NCBI GenBank assembly: GCA_963804645.1
Contig: CAWDRG010000017.1
Location: 192,001 to 256,000 of the forward strand
Direction of reading: 5' to 3'
DNA: 64,000 nt
Origin: an uncultured Bacillota bacterium
GTDB taxonomy: Bacteria > Sysuimicrobiota > Sysuimicrobiia > Sysuimicrobiales > Segetimicrobiaceae
Shown here: positions 48,279-56,166 of the stretch, piece by piece
How the letters are laid out: each line of letters opens with the position of its first letter
How positions within the stretch are numbered: the first letter of the stretch is position 1
Program-made: the position numbers and the translations under genes
Notes under the pieces: model-generated
Seen by the model: only the letters and a program-made list of their open reading frames with translations
Database searches by the model: none
What the model was told of the DNA's origin: nothing

Positions 48279-49223
48279 ATGAACTTCGAGCGTACTGACG
48301 GCCCGGCTCCCACCGACGCCCCCGAATTCGATCTCCTGCAGGATCTCACCGGGACGATCCGCCAGGCCGCCCGCACCCTGGTGTCGGCCCTGCAGGGCAA
48401 GTCGTCCTTCGTGGACGCCTGGCCGCCGATTCGCGACCTCGAGCACAAGGGCGACGCGATCGCGCGCGACATGTTCGAGATGCTCGCCGCCGGACGGGCC
48501 AGCACCACGCCGACGGACACCCTGCAGGCGCTGACCGGCAAACTCGACGATGTGCTCGACGGCGTCGAAGCGGCCGCGGCGCGGCTCGCGATCTACCGGA
48601 TTCGCCGCGTGTTTCCGCCGGCGCTCGAACTCGGCAAAATCGTGCTCGCGTGCGCCCTGGAGCTTGAGGCGGCGGTCGGCCGCGTGCACCGCATGCAGGA
48701 CGTGTTCCCCCACACGCGGACGCTGCATCTCCTCGAGAATCAGGGCGACGACGTGCTCCGGGACGCGGTCGGCCGCCTCTTCGCCGGCCGCGCGGGCGCG
48801 AAAGAGATCATCAAGTGGAAGGACATCTGCGAGACGCTCGAGGACAGCACCGACCGCTGCGAGGACATTGCGAACATCCTCGAGACGCTGCTGCTCCAGA
48901 CGGGCACGGAGCACCTGCTGGCCGTCCACGGCCTGGCGATGGACGTCGAGCATCACGCGGTGACGGCCGGCGGCATCCCGGTGCCGCTCTCGGCGAAAGA
49001 GTTCGGGCTGCTGCACCTGCTCCTCCGCCACCAGGGCAAGATCGTCCGGCGCGAACGGCTGCTGCGTGACGTGTGGGGCGACGACTACTTCGGCGACACC
49101 CGGACGCTGGATACGCACATCGCGTGGCTGCGGAAGAAGATCGAGTCCACCGGCGACGTGCGGATCGTCGCCGTCCGCGGCATCGGGTACCGGCTCGACG
49201 CCCACCCGCCCGCGGCGCGGTGA
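48279..49223 (+). CDS. Fusion of a DUF47/PhoU-like domain and an OmpR/PhoB-type winged-helix DNA-binding domain
   Basis: Uninterrupted ORF. N-terminal IRDLEHKGD, LDDVLD, LENQGD, IIKWKDICETLEDSTDRCEDIANILE (DUF47). C-terminal LSAKEFGLL, RERLLRDVWGDDYFGDTRTLDTHIAWLRKKIE, VRGIGYR (Trans_reg_C). No receiver domain. Confidence 0.9.
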   Translation: MNFERTDGPAPTDAPEFDLLQDLTGTIRQAARTLVSALQGKSSFVDAWPPIRDLEHKGDAIARDMFEMLAAGRASTTPTDTLQALTGKLDDVLDGVEAAAARLAIYRIRRVFPPALELGKIVLACALELEAAVGRVHRMQDVFPHTRTLHLLENQGDDVLRDAVGRLFAGRAGAKEIIKWKDICETLEDSTDRCEDIANILETLLLQTGTEHLLAVHGLAMDVEHHAVTAGGIPVPLSAKEFGLLHLLLRHQGKIVRRERLLRDVWGDDYFGDTRTLDTHIAWLRKKIESTGDVRIVAVRGIGYRLDAHPPAAR

Positions 49224-49225
49224 CG

Positions 49226-49280
49226 CTTCACGCACGCTTGAGACTCACCTCACCTTTCGGCGCGCCCATCCCGGTACGAT
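49226..49280 (+). promoter_or_regulatory. Putative mgsA promoter with three 11-bp-period direct repeats (PHO-box-like) and a TACGAT -10
   Basis: CTTCAC (49226), CTTGAG (49237) and CCTCAC (49248) at exact 11-bp spacing; TACGAT at 49275-49280. Confidence 0.45.
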
Positions 49281-49327
49281 ACTCGCGATCCACCGGACCG
49301 TCCCTGTGGTGGACCCGGAGGATGCGC

Positions 49328-49798
49328 GTGGAGACGTACCGGCGGGTGCGCATGGGCCGCGAGAAGCGCATCGCGTGCATTGCGCACGATAACAAGAAGG
49401 CCGAGCTGGTCGAGTGGATGCGCTTCAACCGCGGATCCCTCGAGGAGCACTTCCTCTACGCCACCCGCACGACCGGCGCGCTGATTATCCGCGAACTCGA
49501 CCTGCCCGTCACGACGTTTCACAGCGGCCCGCTCGGCGGCGATCTGGAGATCGGCGCCAGGATCGCCAGGGGCTCGATCGATTTTCTGATCTTCTTCTGG
49601 GACCCGCTTGAGCCGATGCCGCACGACCCCGATGTGCGCGCGCTGCTGCGGATCGCCGCGGTCTGGAATGTGCCGGTCGCGTGCAACCGGGCGTCCGCGG
49701 ACTTTATGGTCTCGTCGCCGCTGATGCGCGACGCGTACGATCGCCTGATCCCGCCCTACCCCGACGCCGAGGAGGTGCCCCGGGTCGCCGCCGGCTGA
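49328..49798 (+). CDS. mgsA: Methylglyoxal synthase
   Basis: IACIAHDNKK, ATRTTG, SGPLGGD.EIGA, FFWDPL..MPHDPDV.ALLRIA, ACNRASAD. GGAGG RBS before the GTG at 49328; alternative ATG at 49352. Confidence 0.97.
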   Translation: METYRRVRMGREKRIACIAHDNKKAELVEWMRFNRGSLEEHFLYATRTTGALIIRELDLPVTTFHSGPLGGDLEIGARIARGSIDFLIFFWDPLEPMPHDPDVRALLRIAAVWNVPVACNRASADFMVSSPLMRDAYDRLIPPYPDAEEVPRVAAG

Positions 49799-49951
49799 CT
49801 CCACCATCCCGCGGGCGGTGACGTGAGGACACGCCGTCGCGGCGCACGTGCGTTCCGACCTCGCCGCACCCTGATCGCTCCGCCGACGTCTCGGTGGCCC
49901 CCCGCCGGGTACCGCCGCGGGCCCACGTCCGGCTCAAAGAGGGCATCGGAG

Positions 49952-49983
49952 ATCCCATGGCAAAATGTGCTCCAACATGGGAT
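49952..49983. promoter_or_regulatory. Inverted repeat ATCCCATG-N16-CATGGGAT upstream of the ABC operon
   Basis: Perfect 8-bp arms at 49952-49959 and 49976-49983. Confidence 0.45.
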
Positions 49984-50028
49984 GCCGGACGCATCCCCTC
50001 TCCACACTGCGACAAAAGGGGTGGGTCA

Positions 50029-51177
50029 ATGAATCCAGGTCAGCACCCGCGGCTCACACGACGGTCACTGCTGAAGCGGGGAGGCGCAGCGGGCACCGCG
50101 CTCGGGCTCGGCGCGCTCGGAGGACTGGCCGCTCGAACGCCCAACGCGTGGGCGGACCTCTCGATAGCGAACGGGCGCCCCGTGGACATCACCGAGTTCA
50201 TCTGGATCGGGGGCGGCCAAGGCGTCGTCCCGCGAGAGGTCAAGACGGCCTACCAGAACGCTCACTCGAACGTCAACATCGAACTGTACGAGGGGACGAA
50301 CGCCGTCACGTATCCGAAGATCGTCGCGCAGCGGCAGGTGAACCCCAATAACCCGCTGATCAACTTCGGCTTCTTCAATACCGACGCGCAGACCAAGGGC
50401 GAGCTCGATGGGCTGTGGCTCCCCCTGGATCCCAAGCGGATCCCCAACCTCGCGAACGTCTATCCCGGGTATCACCGCCCGAACGGCACCGGGATCGGCT
50501 GGGGGTACAGCGCGATCGGGATCTTGTACAACAAGAAGCTGGTCAAAGAGCCGCCCACGAGCTGGAACGACATCTTCGCGCCGCGCTTCAAGGGCAAGGT
50601 GATGCTGTTCGATTACGCGTGGGCCTTCAACGGGCTGCTGGGCGTCGCCTACGCGGACGGCGGGAGTGCCAAGCAGATCGACGGCGCGTTCGAAAAGTAC
50701 AGCAAGGCCGCCGCGGACGGTCAGTTCCTGGCGCTGTTCACCACGAATGATCAGGTCAAGGACGCGCTCGCCCGCGGGGACGCGTTGATCGCGCCGTACT
50801 TCACGAGCTTCGCGATCACGTGGAATCAGGAGAGCCCGAACGGCGCCGGCCCCTTTGGGTACGCGCTGCCGAAGGAAGGGGTGGTCGCCTTCAGTTACTT
50901 CTTCAACATCATCAAGGGCTCGAGCCCGGATCAGATCGAGGTCGCGTCCGACGTCATCAACACGTACCTGTCCACGGCGACGATCGAGCGCTACTGCAAC
51001 CTCACCGCGACCGCCCCGGCGGTGAAGGGGGCGAAGCTCCAAGCTTCCCTCCAGGCCGAACCCGCGTTCCAGCCGTCGGTCGCCGAGAAGGCGATTCAGC
51101 CGGACTGGGCAACGGTCAACGCCCAGAACAATGCGTGGAAGCAGCGCTGGGATCGTGAAGTGAAGGCCAAGATGTAG
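50029..51177 (+). CDS. ABC transporter substrate-binding protein (PotD/PotF-like), Tat-exported
   Basis: TRRSLLK signal; LDPKRIPNL, GILYN...V.EPPTSWND, PKEG, W..RWDREV. Confidence 0.9.
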   Translation: MNPGQHPRLTRRSLLKRGGAAGTALGLGALGGLAARTPNAWADLSIANGRPVDITEFIWIGGGQGVVPREVKTAYQNAHSNVNIELYEGTNAVTYPKIVAQRQVNPNNPLINFGFFNTDAQTKGELDGLWLPLDPKRIPNLANVYPGYHRPNGTGIGWGYSAIGILYNKKLVKEPPTSWNDIFAPRFKGKVMLFDYAWAFNGLLGVAYADGGSAKQIDGAFEKYSKAAADGQFLALFTTNDQVKDALARGDALIAPYFTSFAITWNQESPNGAGPFGYALPKEGVVAFSYFFNIIKGSSPDQIEVASDVINTYLSTATIERYCNLTATAPAVKGAKLQASLQAEPAFQPSVAEKAIQPDWATVNAQNNAWKQRWDREVKAKM

Positions 51178-51328
51178 CGATCGCGTTCGCGCCCGCGCTC
51201 GTCTCCGTCCGGGTCGGCCACCGCCGCCCCGGACGGAGCGGGAGGGGCGGACTCCCCGCCGTGTCACCGCTGCCCGCACGACCCTGTTCGACCGTCCTCG
51301 CCGGCCGTTCCCCCGGGGGCGTCCCCGC

Positions 51329-52426
51329 GTGAGCACCGACACGGGGCCCGGCCCCGCGGTCGAACTGCGCCACGTGCACAAGTGGTTCGGCACCGTGCAC
51401 GCCGTGCGGGACGTCACGTTGACAATCCGGGAGAACGAGTTTTTCTCGCTCCTCGGTCCCAGCGGGTGCGGGAAGACGACGGTGCTGCGCATGATCAGCG
51501 GATTCGAGGCGCCGAGCCAGGGCGACCTGTACCTCGAAGGCCGGCTCGCGAACACCATTCCCCCCTACCGCCGGGACACGAACCTCATCTTTCAGCATCT
51601 CGCCCTGTTTCCGCACCTCGACGTGTACGAGAACATCGCCTTTGGGCTGCGCCTGCGGCGTCTGAGCCGTGAGGAGATCCGGCGGAAGGTGCACGAGATT
51701 TTGGAGCTGGTGGATCTCACCGGCTACGGTAGGCGCCGGATTCACCAGCTGAGCGGGGGGCAGAAGCAGCGGATCGCGATCGCGCGCGCGCTGGTGAACG
51801 AACCCGCGGTGCTGCTCCTGGACGAACCGCTGGGCGCACTCGACCTGCGCCTGCGGGTGCAGATGCAGCTCGAACTGAAGGAGATCCAGCACCGCGTCGG
51901 CACGACGTTCGTCTACGTCACGCACGATCAGACCGAAGCCCTCACGATGTCGGACCGCATCGCGGTCATGCGCGACGGGATGGTGGAGCAGATCGGCAGC
52001 GGCCGCGACGTGTATGAGCGGCCGCGCACCCGGTTCGTCGCCGCGTTTCTCGGCGACAGCAATCTGCTGGAAGGGGAAGTCGACGCGCGCGACGCCGCGC
52101 GCACGACACTGCGCACCCGAGGGGCGCGCGTCGTCGGGCCGGGCGGCACGGACGCCGCGCCCGGCACCACGGCCTACCTGTGCGTGCGCCCGGAGCGGCT
52201 CCGTCTGTTCGCGGCCGGCGAGCCGCCGGCGGGATACGAAAACCACCTCGAGGCGCAGGTGCGCGACGTCACGTTCAAAGGCGCCGTGATCGAGTACCGA
52301 CTCGCCGCGCCGAGCGGGCTCGCGCTGATCGCGCAGGCGCACGCTGACGGGACGCCGGCCGTCGAGCGGGGCGCCTCGGTCACCGCCGCGTGGCGCCTGG
52401 ACGACGGCGTGGTGCTGACCGAATGA
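51329..52426 (+). CDS. ABC transporter ATP-binding protein (PotA-like)
   Basis: GPSGCGKT, LSGGQKQR, LLLDEPLGALD, YVTHDQ, C-terminal TOBE-like domain. Confidence 0.96.
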   Translation: MSTDTGPGPAVELRHVHKWFGTVHAVRDVTLTIRENEFFSLLGPSGCGKTTVLRMISGFEAPSQGDLYLEGRLANTIPPYRRDTNLIFQHLALFPHLDVYENIAFGLRLRRLSREEIRRKVHEILELVDLTGYGRRRIHQLSGGQKQRIAIARALVNEPAVLLLDEPLGALDLRLRVQMQLELKEIQHRVGTTFVYVTHDQTEALTMSDRIAVMRDGMVEQIGSGRDVYERPRTRFVAAFLGDSNLLEGEVDARDAARTTLRTRGARVVGPGGTDAAPGTTAYLCVRPERLRLFAAGEPPAGYENHLEAQVRDVTFKGAVIEYRLAAPSGLALIAQAHADGTPAVERGASVTAAWRLDDGVVLTE

Positions 52427-53310
52427 CCACCGACGCGACACCGCGCACCCCGCGCGGACAGGCCCTCGTGATCCCGGCGCTCCTTGGGCCGGCCATCGCG
52501 TTCATCGTGGCGCTACTCCTGTCGGCGCTGGCCATTATGTTCGTCAACAGCGCGTACCACTACACCGGGACGCACGTCGAACCGCGCGTGACCTTCGACG
52601 CGTATCGGCGGTTCTTCACGGATCCCTTCTACGCGAGCGTCGTGTGGCAGGAAGTGCGCCTCGCCGGCCTCGCCACGATCGTGTGTCTCGTCGTCGGCTA
52701 TCCCACCGCGTACGCCATCGCCAAGATCCGGAAGACCGGCTGGGTCATCGCCGCGTACGTCCTCGTGTTCTCCCCGCTGCTCACCAGCAGCATCGTCCGA
52801 GCCTACGGGTGGTTCGTGATCCTGGAGCGCGGCGGGCCGGTGAACTGGCTGCTGCTGCGGCTGCATCTCGTGTCGGCGCCGGTCCGGCTGATCTTTAACT
52901 TTACGGGTGTGGAGATCGCGCTCATCCACGTGCTGCTGCCGTTCACCGTGTTTCCGATCCTGAGCATCCTGCTCCGGACGGATCCGGCGCTGCGGGAAGC
53001 CGCCGCGGACCTGGGCGCGACCCGCATGCAGACGTTTGTCCGCGTCACGTGGCCGCTGTCGTTTCCCGGGCTCTACGCGGCGGCGCAGCTCACCTTCGTC
53101 CTCGCGATGAACGCGTACGTCACCCCGCAGCTCCTCGGAGGCGGCCGCGTGCAGGTCCTGCCGCTACTGATCTACCAGGACATCTCGGACCTCAACTGGC
53201 CGCTCGCGTCGGTCGAGGCGATCGCGCTCATTGCCCTTGTGTGGATCACGATGCTCGTCTCCAACCTCCTGTGTCGCCGCCGTCTCGCGACCGTGGGAGA
53301 TCGTGGATGA
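52423..53310 (+). CDS. ABC transporter permease (PotB-like)
   Basis: GYPTAY, IVRAYGW, EAAADLGA, TPQLLGG. Confidence 0.94.
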   Translation: MTTDATPRTPRGQALVIPALLGPAIAFIVALLLSALAIMFVNSAYHYTGTHVEPRVTFDAYRRFFTDPFYASVVWQEVRLAGLATIVCLVVGYPTAYAIAKIRKTGWVIAAYVLVFSPLLTSSIVRAYGWFVILERGGPVNWLLLRLHLVSAPVRLIFNFTGVEIALIHVLLPFTVFPILSILLRTDPALREAAADLGATRMQTFVRVTWPLSFPGLYAAAQLTFVLAMNAYVTPQLLGGGRVQVLPLLIYQDISDLNWPLASVEAIALIALVWITMLVSNLLCRRRLATVGDRG

Positions 53311-54122
53311 CCGGGGGGCGCCGCGATCCCGTCGCGATCACGCTGTGGGTCGTCCTCGGACTCGTCGGCGTGTACATGCTCGCGCCGCTCGCGTTCGTCG
53401 TCGTGGACTCGTTCAACCCGTCGACCTACGGCGAGTTCCCCCTGGCCGGCTTCACCCTGCACTGGTACACGAACGCCGCCGCGGTGCCCGAGTTCCGGAC
53501 CGGGCTGGCGAACTCGCTGGTCGTCGCCGTCGGCGCCACCGTGGTGGCGATCGTCTTGGGCACGCTCGCGGCGTACGGGCTCGCGCGCTATCGCTTCCGG
53601 GGGCGCGAGTGGGCAGGGTCGTTCCTGCTGCTGCCGATCATCGTCCCGGCCATCGTGTTCGGGGCGGCGCTCTTCTTACTGTACATCCGGATCGGACTAT
53701 ACGGGACCCGCACCGGCTTGGTCCTCGGACACGCGCTGCTGGGGCTCCCGTTCGTGATGTCGATCGTCGCGGCGAGCCTGCAGACGCTCGGCCGCGAGTA
53801 CGAGGAAGCCGCGATGGACCTCGGGGCGAATCCCTTCGTCACGTTCTTTCGGGTGACCATTCCCTCGATCCGGCCCGGCCTCATCGTCGGCGCGCTCTTC
53901 GCGTTCGTCACGTCATGGGACCAGGTCGACGTGTCGCTGTTCCTGACACGGCCGCGGAACAACACGCTGCCGATCGCGATGTTCAATTACGAGCAGAACT
54001 ATCAGGACCCGACGCTCGCGGCGCTCTCGACGGTGCTGATCGGGTTCGCAGTCATCCTGGTGCTGCTCGCCGTGTCGGTCCTCAAGACCCAGGAATACCG
54101 GCGGCTGGTCGAGCGCCGGTAG
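53307..54122 (+). CDS. ABC transporter permease (PotC-like)
   Basis: GFTLHWY, LGTLAAY, EEAAMDLGA, FVTSWD, TLPI. Confidence 0.94.
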   Translation: MTGGRRDPVAITLWVVLGLVGVYMLAPLAFVVVDSFNPSTYGEFPLAGFTLHWYTNAAAVPEFRTGLANSLVVAVGATVVAIVLGTLAAYGLARYRFRGREWAGSFLLLPIIVPAIVFGAALFLLYIRIGLYGTRTGLVLGHALLGLPFVMSIVAASLQTLGREYEEAAMDLGANPFVTFFRVTIPSIRPGLIVGALFAFVTSWDQVDVSLFLTRPRNNTLPIAMFNYEQNYQDPTLAALSTVLIGFAVILVLLAVSVLKTQEYRRLVERR

Positions 54123-54159
54123 CACGGACGGCGGACGAACGGGTCGCGCCCGCCCTCCA

Positions 54160-56166
54160 TCACGAGCGGGCCGGCGCGGCGTCGTCCACGCGCTCGACGC
54201 CAGCCAGCCGCGCGTGGAGCGCGCGCACGATCTCGGCGATGCGTTCGGGCGCGGGGCAGTCCCCGCGGCCAGCCCGTGCGTCGACCTCGCGCATCGTCCG
54301 CTGCTTGAGGTAGTTGCGCAGCGCCAGCGGGTACGTCATGAGGCTGCGGTTCAAGGCGAGCTGCATCGCATCCGACCACACGGCCTCAAAGGCCTCCCGC
54401 TCCGGGCCGAAGGTGTACTCAGTCTGCCGCAGCGGCCGACAAGAGCGGAGCGCAGCCGTGGCCGGAGCGTCGACCTGCCCGCCCCGGAGCACCACCCCGT
54501 AGTCCTCTCGCGCCGACGCGTCGGAGACGAGACCCCGGAGCACGTCCGACTGCACCAGCGCCGGATCGCGCGCGAAGGGATCGCCGTACCCGCCGCCTCC
54601 CTGCGAGGCGAACGTCACCGTGTCGCCGGGCTGGAGCAACAGCTCGTCGATGCGCCCCGTTGGCATCGCCTCTGCGGTGCCCTCGTTCTTGATCGCGGTC
54701 CCGGGCATCCCGGGAAAGCCGCCCAACCGGCCCCAGGGTCGGAACTGCATGCGCTCCATCCCGCGCGCCGTCATGACGGTGTCCGGTGCGAAGACGCGCA
54801 CCATGAGCTCGATCCCGCACCCGCCTCGAAAGCGGCCGGGGCCGCCGGAATCGGGCCGCAGACCGTACCGCTCGATCAGAATCGGCATATCCGCCTCCAG
54901 CGTCTCGGCCGGCACGTTCCGGAGGTAGCCGACGGCGAAGTCCATGCCGTCGATCCCGTCGCGCATCGGACGCCCGCCGGAGCCGCCGCAGATCGGCTGG
55001 ACCACGCCGACCAAGTGCTTGCCGCTCCGCGCGTCCACCATCGCGAGCAGCACGATACACGCCTGCCCGGCGCCGACGGCCGGCAGCCGGTCCGGCTGCG
55101 CCTGGCTCAGGACCCCGATCACGACGTCCATCAGGCGGATGAACGTCGCGGCGCGCACCCCCACCGCCGCGGGGAACTCGGGGTTGAGCAGGCTGCCGGC
55201 GGGCGCGTTGTTCGTGACCATCCGCACCATGCCGGTGTTCCACGGCACGGACGGATCCAGCGTGCGGAAATACCGCACGAGTGACGGCACGAGCATGAAG
55301 TGCCCCGGCTGATTGCACGACGGCAGGTTGAACGCCGCGCGGACTTGCGGATCGGTGCCCTCGAAATCCATGAACAACTCGTCCCCGTGCACGACCAGCC
55401 GGCACCGCAGGCGGATCGGATACCCGCCGTCGAGGGCGTCCAGGTAGTCCCAAAACGTATATTCGCCGTCCGGGATGTCGCGGACCATCGCGCGCACGAG
55501 GCGCTCGGCGTACGTCATCAGGTCCTGGATACCCCGCTCGACCTGCTCCACGCCGTAGCGGGCCACGAGCTCGTGGAGACGACGCTCGCCGGTATTGAGC
55601 GACGCCATCAGCGCCCGGAGATCGCCCAAGTTCTGCTCGGGAATCCGGCAGTTGTCGAGGAAGATGGTGAGGATCTGCTGGTTGAGCTCGCCGCGGTCGT
55701 ACAGCTTGACCGGCGCGATCCGCACCCCTTCCTGAAAAATGTCGTAGCTGGTCGGACTGATGCTGCCTGGCACCTTGCCGCCGACGTCTGACGAGTGGAC
55801 GAAGCTGCACCCGAACGCGATGATCCGGCCGCCCGCAAAAATCGGCTTCACGAGGTAGACGTCGGCCAGGTGTGTGGACAAGCCGCCGGTCGTAAACGGA
55901 TCGTTCGCGATGACGATGTCGCCTTCGTGCCATTCGGCAATCGCGGAGATCACGCCCTGACCCGGGAGCCCGAGCGACAGACTCACGCCCGTGGACACCG
56001 GCGACCCGAACGTCTCGCCGGCCGGCGACAGGAGGCACACCCCGAAGTCCGCCGTTTCCTTGACGAAGACGGTAAAGCCGGTGCGCAGCACGACGCTCGC
56101 CATCTCTTCGGAGATGGCCTGAATCCGATTCTTGAAGATCTCGAGAAACACCGGATCGGTCGTCAT
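54160..56166 (-). CDS. Hydantoinase B / oxoprolinase family subunit
   Basis: DPVFLEIF..RI..ISEEM, NDPF..G..THLAD, HSSDVGGKVPGS, FQEG, DSGGPGRFRGG, GGGGYGDP. Confidence 0.95.
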   Translation of the reverse strand: MTTDPVFLEIFKNRIQAISEEMASVVLRTGFTVFVKETADFGVCLLSPAGETFGSPVSTGVSLSLGLPGQGVISAIAEWHEGDIVIANDPFTTGGLSTHLADVYLVKPIFAGGRIIAFGCSFVHSSDVGGKVPGSISPTSYDIFQEGVRIAPVKLYDRGELNQQILTIFLDNCRIPEQNLGDLRALMASLNTGERRLHELVARYGVEQVERGIQDLMTYAERLVRAMVRDIPDGEYTFWDYLDALDGGYPIRLRCRLVVHGDELFMDFEGTDPQVRAAFNLPSCNQPGHFMLVPSLVRYFRTLDPSVPWNTGMVRMVTNNAPAGSLLNPEFPAAVGVRAATFIRLMDVVIGVLSQAQPDRLPAVGAGQACIVLLAMVDARSGKHLVGVVQPICGGSGGRPMRDGIDGMDFAVGYLRNVPAETLEADMPILIERYGLRPDSGGPGRFRGGCGIELMVRVFAPDTVMTARGMERMQFRPWGRLGGFPGMPGTAIKNEGTAEAMPTGRIDELLLQPGDTVTFASQGGGGYGDPFARDPALVQSDVLRGLVSDASAREDYGVVLRGGQVDAPATAALRSCRPLRQTEYTFGPEREAFEAVWSDAMQLALNRSLMTYPLALRNYLKQRTMREVDARAGRGDCPAPERIAEIVRALHARLAGVERVDDAAPARS

